Origin: Rhina ancylostomus
Lineage: Eukaryota
Assembly: GCA_030265395.1 (NCBI GenBank)
Contig: JARFYF010000017.1
Location: 26,562,061-26,626,060, forward strand
Reading direction: 5' to 3'
DNA length: 64,000 nt
Shown here: piece after piece, positions 1 to 12,447 of the stretch
Position numbering within the stretch: position 1 is the stretch's first letter
Layout of the letters: the number at the start of each line of letters is the position of its first letter
The notes under the pieces: model-generated
The model's database searches: none
Seen by the model: the letters and a program-made list of their open reading frames with translations, nothing else
Told to the model about the DNA's origin: nothing
Program-made: the position numbers and the translations under genes

Positions 1-400
1 GTGGTAAATTACAAAGGGGGGGTCATAAATAGGAGGAGACAAAAGAAGTTGGAAATGCCAGAAGAGAGAAGAAAACTAGATGCTGGAAAAATAATGGACA
101 AGGCTGAAATGGTTGATTATCTGAAATTTTTGAATTCAGTGTTGAGTCTAGAAGATTGTAACATGCCTAACTGGAAGCTGGGCTGTTGTTCCCCAAATCT
201 AGTAAAGTGTAAGAGGCCAAATATACAGAGGTCAAACTGGGAATATGTTGAAGAGTTAAAGTGACAGGCAACTGGAAGCACAGGGTCACCCGAGCTCAGG
301 GTCACCATGGCACAGGGTTACTCCTGCACATATTTCCTCTTGTACACAGTTACACTCATTCACTGAGTAGAGGTGTTCTGGACCATGTTGTGTGCACCAA
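1..400 (-). mobile_element. Penelope-like retroelement fragment: C-terminus of GIY-YIG endonuclease and 3' region (decayed)
   Basis: Minus ORF 117..308 ends PVACHFNSSTYS...GEQQPSFQLGMLQSSRLNTEFKNFR*, matching the Penelope C-terminal pattern PVAxHFNS...EEQHLIFRLGTLQPxGLNIEFxNFR*. Boundaries are approximate. Confidence 0.75.
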
Positions 401-404
401 ATGC

Positions 405-752
405 AGCGCACTAAAAGGAATGAAGCTACTGCCTCAGTTTCAGAGATCTGGATTCAATCCTAGCCTCAGGTGTTGCCTGTGTGAAATTTGCATGTTCTCC
501 TTTCGCATGTGACAACATGGGTTTCCCCACAAGTACTTGGCTTCCTCCCACATCCTAAAGACATAGTAGTTGGTAGGTTCATTGACTACTGTTGATTGCT
601 CCAAATATAGGTGGGTGATAGGAAAATCTGGGGAGTTGATGGGCATGTGAGAGAACACATTACCAGGAAATAAATTGGGCAATGGGATTGACTGTAATGC
701 CCTGAGAACTGGCACAGATGATGGGCTGAATAGCTTCCTTCATGTTGTGAGA
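405..752 (+). mobile_element. tRNA-derived V-SINE (HE1-like), inserted into the Penelope copy
   Basis: B-box-like GGATTCAATCC head, V-domain-like core (TGTGTGAAATTTGCATGTTCTCC...GGGTTTCC...CTTCCTCCCACATCCTAAAGAC) and CR1-type tail (GATGGGCTGAATAGCTTCCTTC). Confidence 0.8.
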
Positions 753-761
753 AATATGAGA

Positions 762-1212
762 AGTACAAGTGAATTGCTGCTTCACCTGGAGAATGTTTGT
801 ATGATGGATAAGGGCAGACACATAGGAAGATGCTGTCCGAAGGGGAACAGATACTGATGGAACTGAACACTGGACCAGAGCATAGCATCAACAGTCTGTT
901 AGCAATGTGGGAGGGAAGGAAGTGTCCAATGATGGCATCACATTGGAGGTGTTGGAAGTTGACTCTTGAATGTGGATGCCAATGGAATTAAATGGGTGTA
1001 GTAGAAGATATGGAAACCCTCTCCTTGTTCTGTGGGAGGAAGGAGAAAGTGAAAATGCAGGAAGTGGAGCAGATGCATTTGTAGGATTTGTCAACAGTTG
1101 TGGAGAGGGAACCATAATATTAGGGAAAATGTAAGACTTTTCAGGGATGGTAAAATGGAATAGGTTTCACAGGAAGCAAGGTGGGAGTAAGTGTAGTCAA
1201 GGTAGTTATGTA
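762..1212 (-). mobile_element. Penelope-like retroelement fragment: RT thumb/linker to endonuclease (decayed)
   Basis: Minus-strand peptide NYLDYTYSHLASC resembles the PLE motif YLDYTSSHPxSCK. The HIQ... and QVKQQFTCTS-like segments are collinear with the 1..400 fragment. Confidence 0.7.
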
Positions 1213-1231
1213 AGATATTTCCATATTTCCT

Positions 1232-1530
1232 AACAACATAGGAGGCCATTTTGGCCCATCGAGTCCGTGCCAGCTCACAGAATATTTCCATTCCCCCACT
1301 AAGTTTCCCTGTAACATTTTCTCTTCATATTCCCATCAACTTCTCCAGACTCTACCACTTACCTACATACCAGAGACAATTGACAGTGGCAATTCAATGT
1401 ATCAAACTGCACAGCTCTGGGATGTGGGAGGAAACCCACATGGTCATGGGGTGAACATGCAGACTGACAGCACCAGAGGTCAGGATTGAACCTGGGTCAC
1501 TGGAGTTGCAAGGCAGCAGTTCTACCAGTC
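1232..1530 (-). mobile_element. V-SINE (HE1-like)
   Basis: Reverse-strand tail GGAGGCCATTTTGGCCCATCGAGTCC, core GGGATGTGGGAGGAAACCCAC and head GGATTGAACCTGGGTC; same family as 405..752. Confidence 0.8.
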
Positions 1531-1639
1531 CAGTCAAGGGAAGGAAGGAAAGAAGCAAAATAGGCAGATGTAGCTTGGACCAACTTGGGTTCCCATAGCT
1601 ATACCTTTGGCTTGGAGGTGATAAATTCAGTCAAGTTTT

Positions 1640-2113
1640 TCCATCATCAGCTCAATGTGGCTGCAGTGTATAACAGCAATAAAAGCACTACAGGCTCAGC
1701 AAATTTTCTATACCACTTACCAAACCTTCAACCTCTATCACCTTAAAGGACAAAGGAACAACACTGACATCTTCCCCTGCAAGTTGCACCCCATTTGAAT
1801 GGATGCATGTAGACTCGGTGGGCGGAAGTTCCCGTTTCTATACTGTGTCTTTCTCTTGTTTCTATACTGTGTCTTTCTCTTGTTTCTATACTGTGTCTTT
1901 CTCTGACTCTGTGGTTCTATATACCATTGTCCCTGTATTGTTGCTGGGTCATGATCCTGAAACTCCCCACCATAAGTATTCTGTGAGTGCCATCAGCTCA
2001 GGGACTGCAGCAATTCAAGAAGGCAGCACACCACATTCTCAAGGACAATTAGGTATGGACATTAAATAGTGACCTTGCCAGTGATGTTCACATCTCACAT
2101 ATGAATTTAAAAA
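1640..2113 (+). mobile_element. 3' part of a CR1/L2-clade LINE, interrupted at ~1795-1920 by a short CR1/HE1-type tail
   Basis: Ends with CTCAAGGACAATTAGGTATGGACATTAAATAGTGACCTTGCCAGTGATG...GAATTTAAAAA, homologous to the LINE ends at ~8695-8772 (+) and ~54445 (-). Confidence 0.7.
1834..1904 (+). repeat. Tandem repeat, 3 x 24 bp (GTTTCTATACTGTGTCTTTCTCTT)
   Basis: Directly visible near-perfect copies, which translate as repeated FYTVSFSC in ORF 1803..2069. Confidence 0.95.
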
Positions 2114-2324
2114 CTATATTCAGGTACCAAAAATAGAAAGGCCAGAATGCTGTAACAAAATCACCCAATAAAGTGCATGTAAGCAAAAATGGAAAACCTG
2201 GAAACAATATTGTAAACCTTAGTAAGCATCACTTTTGGTGCACTTTATAAATGCCTGTCCCATCAGACCTGGGTAGTAATTTTAACCTTCATCCCCCATC
2301 AGGAAGTTGTTAAAGCTTTCTGCT

Positions 2325-2597
2325 TCTTACAGCAACAAGGATCCAACCAGTTGCCCTCCACCAACACTTTCATCTGCTTGGCAGAACTTGTTCTTACCCT
2401 GAGCAATGCTTGACTCCTTTCACTTTTAGCAAATCAAAGATGCAGCCATGAGCGCTCACGTAGGCCTAAGCTACATCTGCCTTTTCATTGATTACCTGGA
2501 ATAGTTCTTGTTCCAAACCTATTCTAGTAGCATTCTCCAACTCTTTCTGTTACATTGACAACTGAATTGGTACTGCTTCCTATACTTGTGCAGAACC
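2325..2597 (+). mobile_element. Penelope-like reverse transcriptase fragment (frameshifted)
   Basis: Piecewise translation gives LAELVLTLSN...QIKDAAMS..VGLSYICLF...PQLF..YIDN, the PLE RT core (QIKGVAMG...GPSYACLF...YIDD). Confidence 0.75.
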
Positions 2598-3069
2598 TGT
2601 GGATAAAAGTATAAGTGCTTAATCAGAATAAACATAAGAAATTACTCAGATTCTTAAATTACATAATCTATTCCTTATTTATATTTATTAACTGCAGGTG
2701 CTTTTGCGATATAAAATCCAAATATATTGGATAAAGTCACTCCACCAAACATTCCTGTTAAATAGGTGGATATCCATCTTAATGCTGGCAAGTGTATTCA
2801 CTACAGTAGTTGTGCAAGCAACATCTTATCTTCACCATGAGGGTATCTTCTAAGATGGAGTGTAGGGATAATACTATGCTCAGAACAGACCTATCAGCCT
2901 GACTCCAAAAGTCTATTAATTGCTTTCAATAGAAACAGAACTGTACACCGCTACAATCCATAACCTGACAGCCCAGCATAACTTCTCATTCCTTTATCAC
3001 CACCAACCTGGGCTTCATAACTGGTTCAACAGAGACTGTTCATGTAGATGCTAGGAACATCACATAACA

Positions 3070-3408
3070 ATATAAGAAACAGGAGAGAGAGAGAAGGCCA
3101 TAAAAGCCCTTCAAGTTTTATCTACCATTCAATAAATGAATGGTTAATGTGATCTTTGACCTCAACTTCACTTTCCTGCCTGAACCCCATAACCCTTGAT
3201 TCCCCATTAGTCCAAAAGTCTATCCATAATGATTCAGCATCATGGTCCTCCAGGATAGAGAAATCCAAAAGTTCACAGCATTCTGAAAGAAGATCTTATT
3301 TTTTTTGTGTTTGAGGTCTGATCCTGAGTTGATACTTCCTTGTTCTAGATTCTCTCAATATGGGAAGCACTTTCTTAACATCTACCCAATCAGATCCCCT
3401 CAGAATCA
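3070..3408 (-). mobile_element. CR1-clade LINE 3' end
   Basis: Typical reverse CR1 3' sequence (AGGCCAT...CCATTCAATAA...CCCCATAACCCTTGATTCCC...AGAGAAATCCAAAAGTTCAC). Confidence 0.7.
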
Positions 3409-4879
3409 CCAAGCATAACTTTGAATGAGGTACAGTGTCAATCTATCACAAATTCAATAGTTTCCACTTTCTGTTACCCTTAATGTGGTAAAATAGCACA
3501 GTATATATACAGTTTGAAGCCAATGGAAGTGATATTAGGATGGGTGGGCCAAAGCCTTTTAAAGCACAATGTTTTAAGGAGATTATTCAAGAAGACAAGA
3601 GAAAGAGGCAGAGAGATGATTTAATGACAGTTGAAGGTAATTTTTGCACATTCCAAGTTAGAATGATAAGCTTAGTTTACACATTATGTAAAACTGAACA
3701 CTAGAACAGACTCATTTCTGAGATCCATGATTCTACATCATGAGATAGCCAAACAAGGGACATCTTTTACCCAAAATTATTGTTCAAGTCTCTGTAGGGT
3801 TGCCTTAAGCAAACATAGATCACATGTGCAATGAGTGGCCTTAGTCATTCTCTCAGTGAAAGAAGATTGCCCTTGGAACATGCATCAGACCCTTTCTGCT
3901 CACGTGGATCTAGTCTAGCAGGGAGCATCTGTCACAGTGTTGAGCAAAGAGCAAGCTCACAGAGAACCCAAATGTAGCACACCAATACAAGACTGGAGCC
4001 AGGATACTTCCTCAGGACAAACACAGGCAGTAACTGGAAGGAATCTTGCCTCAGAGATTGGAAGAGGAATCCCANNNNNNNNNNNNNNNNNNNNNNNNNN
4101 NNNNNNNNNNNNNNNNNNNNNNNNNNNNNNNNNNNNNNNNNNNNNNNNNNNNNNNNNNNNNNNNNNNNNNNNNNNNNNNNNNNNNNNNNNNNNNNNNNNN
4201 NNNNNNNNNNNNNNNNNNNNNNNNNNNNNNNNNNNNNNNNNNNNNNNNNNNNNNNNNNNNNNNNNNNNNNNNNNNNNNNNNNNNNNNNNNNNNNNNNNNN
4301 NNNNNNNNNNNNNNNNNNNNNNNNNNNNNNNNNNNNNNNNNNNNNNNNNNNNNNNNNNNNNNNNNNNNNNNNNNNNNNNNNNNNNNNNNNNNNNNNNNNN
4401 NNNNNNNNNNNNNNNNNNNNNNNNNNNNNNNNNNNNNNNNNNNNNNNNNNNNNNNNNNNNNNNNNNNNNNNNNNNNNNNNNNNNNNNNNNNNNNNNNNNN
4501 NNNNNNNNNNNNNNNNNNNNNNNNNNNNNNNNNNNNNNNNNNNNNNNNNNNNNNNNNNNNNNNNNNNNNNNNNNNNNNNNNNNNNNNNNNNNNNNNNNNN
4601 NNNNNNNNNNNNNGCACAACAGCCTCAGAGGTAAATTTTGTACAGGAGTTAGCCTTGGAACACTGCACAGTGTATGATATGCCTCATGCAAAGACACAAC
4701 CACAGAGGACCTTACGTAGATCCACGTATTAGAGTATTAAGGTACAGCTTATTTACTGGCAAAAATCCAGTGATAAATGGTATATTATAGCTGCATTTAT
4801 TTCATAAATAAGAATAATCTCATGCCTACAATGTGTGTGAATTAAGGGGCTTTCATGCTTGAAAAATAAACCTAATAGT

Positions 4880-5160
4880 TTACTACTACCTATGCACAAC
4901 TCTAGATTTATACAACAGGCAGCTTGATAAATCCCATTAGATAAGAAGGTGATGTCCCAGCCAAATGTGATACAAAACTTATCACATGATGTGACAGCTT
5001 CGCGTTTGGAACGACTTCTCCCTCTTCGATTACTGCTGTAAATCTGCATGAGTCTAGTGCTTTACAGCGATAGTACCAGATTTATGGCTTGCTCTATAGA
5101 ACTAAATTGGCAAAAGTGTTGTTTCCTCCGTGCAGCAGCTAAAGGTAAACTCAGTAAATT
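4880..5160. promoter_or_regulatory. Candidate conserved non-coding enhancer
   Basis: Non-repetitive, with several retained CpGs and clustered GATTTAT(GG), TGATAAATC, AGATAAG and TGACAG motifs. Conservation is not verified. Confidence 0.35.
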
Positions 5161-7029
5161 TGGGGTTATATTTTCACTTAGTTTAACTGTGCACTTTGAC
5201 GTTCTACCCATATCTTGCTGTATTTTCAATTTTATCCTTATTCATATATGTACACAGTTGTAATCTTGTCCATTTTCAAATGTAATCCACTCAGAGTTAA
5301 AGATCATGCAAATTATTAAAAGAAAAATGATTTGAACTCAACTTCCTGCAATTAATTATCCCCACGTAAACTAGACTTCACGGAGTAGATTCTGGGAATC
5401 CATGTGCAGACTGTATGGAAAACATTTTGTACGCATTTACCAGTAGGATGAATAGGCTCCTGTCTATGTCAAGGCAAACAAAGACTGTTTTTAAATGTGT
5501 AACAGGCAGAGGACCTTTGTCTGCTAAGGCAACCTCTCTCTTTGCTTCCTTCACATTTGTGACTACAATTGCAGGTAATCAGGACATGCTAAAAAAATGG
5601 TTAATTAGTGGGGTTTAGCACAGAGAAGAAGAATCATTGAACTGTGTTGTATGTTGAATGAGGATGGAGAGTAAACCTTACATTTCTTCTCCAAAACGTG
5701 AGTTCATCTATTACTACCAGGGTGAAGTGAAATAGGGTCCCCAGAGCTAAAAAAATTTTACAGGCTCAATGATTCCCTCATGAAAGAAGCATGGAGCTAA
5801 GAGAACATGTGAATTTAATATATTATTCTTGATTAAAGGGTTTCATGTCTGAATAGAGGTGAAAAGAAGTTCACAAGGTATAATAGGGATTTATTTAGTG
5901 CCTTCTGCACTTCTAATACTCCCCATTAAAAAGAACATTTAAAAACATTGAATCATTTACTTCAAAAATATATCAAATGAAATTCAAAAATTAATCTAGA
6001 TTTTGAAAGAAGAGATTAGAAAGGTTTTATTTAAAATGTATTGATTTTCCCCAATGGGTCAGAAAGTGTATCCAGTAAGTAGCTCAGCCATAAAGAACAG
6101 GAAGGCCTAGGTTTAATTCCCAGTCCATGCTGAGTTAGCCGATCTTAACTCATCTTACCCTTTTGTCTCTGAGTTCACTGCCCTCCTGTCATCCCTTTAC
6201 CTTAACCTCCACATCAACTCTCTTACCCACATTTGCAGTCACCCTCTTGACCTTAAAACTTCAATTCCTATCATCTCGAATACAGACAAGACAATATCTG
6301 ACTATTTCCTTGCTTCTCTCATCAACCACATTCCCAATCCTCTTTCATCCCAACTATTTTATATACCAACCTTTAAACAAGTATTCTCCAACAACTCAGT
6401 GAAAACAGCACTTTTGAACATCCAATCATCTAGCTCCTGCTCTCAACATGGGACTACTGGAGTTAATGATCTCGTCGAATGCAGTTTTCTCCTGCAGACT
6501 GTTCTCACTGATATTACACCCATTATTATATCCTCAAGTACCCAAGGAGTGCAGAGTTCTGAGCATATAGTTCATCGTCAGATCTGGTTGAGTTACTTTG
6601 AGTAATTGTTCTCCTTGTTTTTCCCCTGCCTGAACTGTTTATTATTCCAAGATCACCCTGGAAAACAAAGAGCACTTTGATTGTTTTTACTTCAGTGGAT
6701 CTCCTCAACTGGACACTCTTGCTCTTTCCACCCTCATCTTGACTAGGTGTGAGAAGGTTATGAATTTTCTCACAAAAATCATCCTTTCAGCTGCCTCTGC
6801 TGCATCACTGACTGTCCCTCATGCCCGTCGACACAAAACATGACCAAGGCTATTATACTCCACACTCTGAACTTTCTACATGTTCTAATTCAAACCCATT
6901 CCTCTTTCAGTGCTCATTATGAACATGGAGCTGACTTCCCGCTTTCTTGATCATATCCCTACCAATCTGCCAACCACACAAATTGCCTTACTGGCCCTCA
7001 CACAAGCTTACATTTTGTAAATTTTTTTT

Positions 7030-7312
7030 TCAAATTTCCCATGGGCTGTGGATGGTGCTGACAATGTTGGCATTTGTTGTCAATTCCCAACTGCCCCTAG
7101 ACTGAGGAGGCGATTAAGATGCAACACATATTTCTTTCCCTGAAGGATATCACTCAACCAGATGGGTTGTTACAACAATCTGGAAGTTTCATGTTTAAAT
7201 ACTTGAATTTGAAGTCCCCTGCTGCAGTGGTAAAATTCAAACTCATATCTATGGATGAATGGTTCAGAACTCTGTGAGCCAGTACAATAATTTCACCACT
7301 TGGTTACCATAT
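7030..7312 (-). mobile_element. tRNA-derived SINE with a 3' tail shared with the neighbouring LINE family
   Basis: Reverse tail CATGGGCTGTGGATGGTGCTGAC...GGCATTTGTTGTCAATTCCCAACTGCCCCT, core TTTCTTTCCCTGAAGGATATCACTCAACCAGATGGGTT and B-box-like head. Confidence 0.65.
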
Positions 7313-7384
7313 TCCTCCACAGAAATTGTCCATCATCTTTCAAAACTACCAGCAAACAAACATAGACCAAAGGGGTGAATTCCA

Positions 7385-8772
7385 GAGATGAGCAAAGAGT
7401 GACTGCCTTTGATACCTAGGACTTGATCAAGTGGGGTATCAAGGGGCATGGTAAAATTGAAATGAGTTGCATCAAGGACAAAATACTCCAACAGTTGGAG
7501 TCATATCTTGCACAGAGGAAGATGGGTTACAGGAGGTCAAATATCCCACCCGTTGGCATTACTGCAGGAGTTCCTCAGGGCAGTGTCCTGAACCAAACAA
7601 TTTTCAGCTGTTTCATCAATAATCTTCCTTCCATTATAACTTCAGAAATGGGAATGTTCACTGACAACTGCACTATATTTAATGCCATTCTCAAATCCTC
7701 AGAAAATGTAGGAGTCCATGCCTGTAAGTCCTAGACCATGATCAAACATGTGCTGATAAGCAGCAAATAACGTTTATGCCACTGAGGTACCAGACAATGG
7801 TCAGAGAGGGTCTAAAAACCTACTCTTCACATTCAATGGCATAACCACCGCTGAGTCTTCCACCATCAACATCCTGGTGATTACCATTGACTAAAAATTC
7901 AATTGGACCGGCTACTTAATTACTGTGGTTACAAGATCAGGTCAGAGGTTGAGTATCCAGTGGCGATTGACTTACCTTACCATTCAACCATCAATAAGTC
8001 AGAAGTGTAATGAAAAACACTTGCCTGGATGATTACAGCTCCAACAACACTCAATAAGCTCAACACCATCCAGGACATAATAGTCTACTTGATTGGCACT
8101 CCATCCATCAACCCAAATATTCATTTCCTCCATGTGAGCTCTGCTTAGTTATAAAGTTAGATTCTGTCCAATACACTTGCCCTAGTTCAACTGCTTGAGA
8201 ATTTTTCCGTGCCTGACATGATGATTGACATGAGTGCAGCAAACCTGGGTATGTTGTTCACATGAAGTGATGTTGTGCAAGTCATACTACGAGGACCTGG
8301 GCTGGGCTGAGCTGGGCTGGGCTGGACTGGCAGGGGTATTGGGAGGGGACCAATTGCTTTGTCGATTTATACATCCAACCAGGCCCAAGCTCTAGCCCGA
8401 CACATGGTTGGATCCCATCGATGGCTGTGGGCAGCCAGACTCTACCCTCTCCAACACTTGTGTGAACTATCTAACAAATGGCCAGACTGCTCTGACACCA
8501 CCTTCCAAACACACAACACACAGCATCAAGAAGGGCAAGCGTAGTGGACACATGTGAACAACTGCAAATTTTCCTCTAAGTCATTTACTATCCTGTCTTG
8601 GAAATATATTTCCAGTCCTTCAGCATTGCTCAGTCAAAGTCCTGGAACTCCCTACCCAACCTTCACTAGAAGGACGGAGGATTTCCACGTACCATCTCAA
8701 GGGCAATTAGAGATGGGCAATAAATGGTGGTCTTGTCAGTGATGCCCAGCTCCTGCAGAGTGGATAAAAATC
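7385..8772 (+). mobile_element. CR1/L2-clade LINE, RT region to 3' end, 5'-truncated and interrupted by an ~320-bp insert at ~8133-8456
   Basis: ORF 7423..7734 contains GVPQGSVL..TIFSCFINNLP and MFTDNCT (decayed FADD). The 3' tail GGGCAATTAGAGATGGGCAATAAATG lies at ~8701. Confidence 0.85.
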
Positions 8773-11700
8773 CATCAACTCTTGTTCAAAATGTTCAAGA
8801 TTAGCTCCTTTTACCCCTAGCAACTGTCACATCATTTTGAAGCCTACAATTAGCCCCAGGACCTCTGAATTCTTGTTTCTAACTGATATTTAGTGATTCC
8901 TGTTGTCAGTGTTCAAATATAATTGCCATATGAGGGCAGAGGTGAATTTATTGTTGTGCCCACTATAATTAATAACTTGCTGATAGACACTGCTCCTGGT
9001 GAATTGGACAAGGTACCACAAGGTGACTAACACAATGGAACCAGTACTGGCTTGGTGCCTTCAGGAGAGGAGAAGAAAATTCATTTCTCAAAGACTGCAA
9101 ATTTGACCCACTTGAATAATTTTTTATGTCCAAATTGTACACAAAACTTAGTTCATACATGTTTCAATGCGACAGTATCCATTTCACGTGGAAGCCCTGT
9201 CTCTAGCCTTCTGTGCATGGTTCGCCTTTGCACAGCTGCTATTTTTCTGGTGTGCATGATGACATCCTCAAAGTGAGTGAATCTTGCCTCCTCCACACTG
9301 ATAAAACTTGGAACAAACTCCCAGTAGGACAAGGAATAAACCTACTGCAAGTTGGCTAGGAAATGTGAGTTAAAGGGATCTGGCTGGGACATCAATGTGT
9401 TGCTGACTATTTTAATGTTCTTCAATATCTATTGCTTAATTGCTGGCACTCAAGGTGTTTATTGCAGGCGTTCAAGACCAGGCATAGATATGCTGCAATA
9501 TTGGCCTTAATTATGAGTCAATGCCTTGTAGTGTCATCGGATTCAAACACGGCAGGGGAGTCAGTCTGTGAGGACAATCACATGAGATGTGGAGGATAAC
9601 CCCACACACTGAATAAACATAACACCACCTCCACCCCCCACACCACCACCACCATCCCCAGTTTTCCTGTACCTCCTTGGCAACTTCTTATGCTGCTGTT
9701 GTGTGGCCATCATGGAGAGAGCTCCTTAAGGCTGTGGCCTGTTTCTTAGGATTCCTTCTGACAAATGTAGCAATTGGGTTGAAAACCACCCTAACGATTT
9801 TCTTGAATATGCATTTTCCATTTTCTTTTATCTCATTAGAGTCCTGATTGGGCATTAACGCTAAACTTAAAACATCTGACTAACAAACCAAAATCGAATT
9901 CCTAGGCACTCATGCTTAAAGTTAACCTAACTAGGTAATTAAGAGTTAAATAACATGGATACTATTGAATGATTCTTCAGCTGTAATTAAGAATCATGCT
10001 TTATCATAATTGTTGATATTTTTAAAAAATTACCTCAAAGTTGCTGATATCATTTCATTTTGTTAATCAATCTGTATATTTATAAGTAGCATCACACTTT
10101 GGAATGTACTACCAATGCATCAATGGCCCACGCAATATAAATTACAAGGTGTAATACCCCACTTTGTGTTTGGTCTACTCTGATCCTATTTACACTCTTG
10201 ATAATTTTTATCCCATTTTGCTTTAACTTTATATGTTAGAGTTTAATTTTACACCTAGTGTGGGAGACAGTGATGTATGGATTACATCAAGCTTTGCTGA
10301 AATTATACCATCCCCAGAGAGTAAAGACCTGGGTAGTGTCTAGTTCTGTAGCGGGGTGGGTGAGAGGAGGTCGGTACTTGCTCTCTGAACCTTGGCATCC
10401 TGCCCTACACAAAAAACCCTCAGCTTGAACACCATTTATTGATTTTTTTTTATAGTTTTAAATCTTGTTCAAATTATCTCAGACAGTGACCTTCACCAGG
10501 TGAAACTCAACTATTTCATGAAAAGGAAGGGATGGTAGAAAAGACAAAGGAAGCAGAATTCAACATAGGACCATTAATAAAATCAAACGTGTAGCAGCAG
10601 GCATCACTATTACTGCCCGGCAATCTTTTATCTGCACAACTAAACTGTAGAGTATTTGTGTTCTTTTTATTTCTACTTTAAGTAGTTGATCTCATGAATG
10701 GTTGCTTTATATACCTTTGTAGCCCCTGCAGCAGTATGAATAATGGCCACCTCTCACCAGCTTTCTCAATTTGAAATTGTGCTGGTATCTTGCTCTCTTT
10801 TACAGTCTGCTAAGAACAAGTGTCCCGTGAAAATGTTATGTGGATCTGGCAAAGTATGCACTGCTATTACCATGTAAACTCCCACTGATCACAGATTTGA
10901 ACTATCCATCCAATTACTTACTACAGCCCTCCATGTTTTAACCAGTGGAGCAATCGCACAGAAAGATGGTCACAGCAGACATCAAGATGGGTTTGGCAGT
11001 TGTATCTCATTGGTGTGGAAGTCTCAATGTGCAATTATCAAATGACCTGCCTGACCCCTGGACAGTGCAACCGACCCCATACAATGCACAGTAGTGTGCC
11101 AAAACATTCCCTCGAGAACGTGAAGTTCTGAAAACCACTGCAATGATTAACCCTTGTTTACAGTACCACAGCACCAAATCAGGCCAGAATAAACTATCAT
11201 ATATACTGCTTGAGAATTTGTAAATTTCTCCAGTTATTTCCACTACTTGTACAATTCTCCATTGTTGATTCAATTACTCCTTACTTTTGCAGATTGTATT
11301 ATGTGTTTTAAAAAAAATAAAGTAAGCTGTCTAGTTACAAACACAACAGTGATATTCTATTTTTCTCCTGTAAATAAGATTGCGTTTTCTTTCAAGTTTA
11401 ACAACCAAATCAGCAAATGAATGATTTCATTGGTTTTTGCTATTTGGAGCTTTTCAAGACAAATTTAGTGGTAATGTTATAACAGTATATTACCGCACAT
11501 GTGAGTTATTTTTGGCTAGTATTGGATCATTTAAGGAACTGATATTGTACTAAAGCCTGACCCTGGGAGTGTAACAAATGAATCCATTATGTGAAAGCAT
11601 TAAATGGTACTTGAAATGTGCCTGGTTTTCAGGTGCACAGTGCCATTATAAGTTCCTTTGACAGGTTGTGTAATTTAAAGAAGAAATACATGGTACAAAT

Positions 11701-12284
11701 TTCTTTGACACTGCAGGTATCCCCTCAGAACACATTATGGTCAGGGGTAACAACTTCCCTGAGCTAGAAATAGATTGAGGTATTCTGTCGACAGATCTGC
11801 TCCGAGCTCTCAGCCCATGCCATACAACACTGCAAAGCATAGAATGTGGCTTCTGTCACGGACCTGTCACTTTGCCTCTAATTATATTTGACACACCTCT
11901 ATATAAAGATATAGAAATTGTCATTGTCCCAAGTTCAGAGCAAAAAAAAATTACAAAAATGATTTTCAGGAGAAAGGGCATAATAGTATGTGACAAATAA
12001 ATGTTAAGCATCATGTTGTCCCTCATATGGGGTTAATATATTAATTATGTTGGATGATTCAATAATAACCTTGTGGAAATTCCTATCAGTATTAGGTATA
12101 TTCAGTGAATGGTTCTGCTTGTTCAAAATGTGCATCGTCTGAACAGGAAGCTTGAGTGCAGTAAAACACTGCAATGGGTGAGCAGGAGCCTCTATTAGAT
12201 TACCAGAACCTCAGACACATACCACAACTGAATCACTGGGGGATAGAAACACAACCACAAGCAAACTATCAAAGACTAAAGCAG

Positions 12285-12447
12285 AATCATCATTGCCACC
12301 AGTGCCGATAATAAAATCTGATGCACATCAACTAATCATCTTAACAATAGTCTCAAGCCAATAAAACCTGACTAAGAGAAAAAAAGAAATGAGTCTATCA
12401 TTATAGTTATCCTCAGCACTAACTCATGCCACATACAACAGATCAAT
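12285..12447 (+). repeat. Direct repeat, copy 1 (~160 bp; partner at 15434..15583)
   Basis: Shared blocks AATCATCATTGCCACCAG, ATGCACATCAACTAATCATCTT and AGTTATCCTCAGCACTAACTCATGCCACATACAA. Confidence 0.9.

Noticed and set aside
3937-4732. Long ORFs of 200-390 aa here and at 18826, 30204, 31922-33103 and 57706
   Set aside because: They are open only because they read through N gaps.
6075-6150. tRNA-like A/B-box segment
   Set aside because: No cloverleaf; most likely the head of an ancient SINE, too decayed to classify.
8298-8336. GGGCT/GAGCT pentamers resembling an immunoglobulin switch region
   Set aside because: Only ~35 bp, with no Ig exons nearby; real switch regions span kilobases.
10880-11110. 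Possible Harbinger transposase relic (QLLTTALHVLTSG)
   Set aside because: Similarity to the xxAALxFYxSGSFQ motif is too weak and no DDE motifs can be traced.
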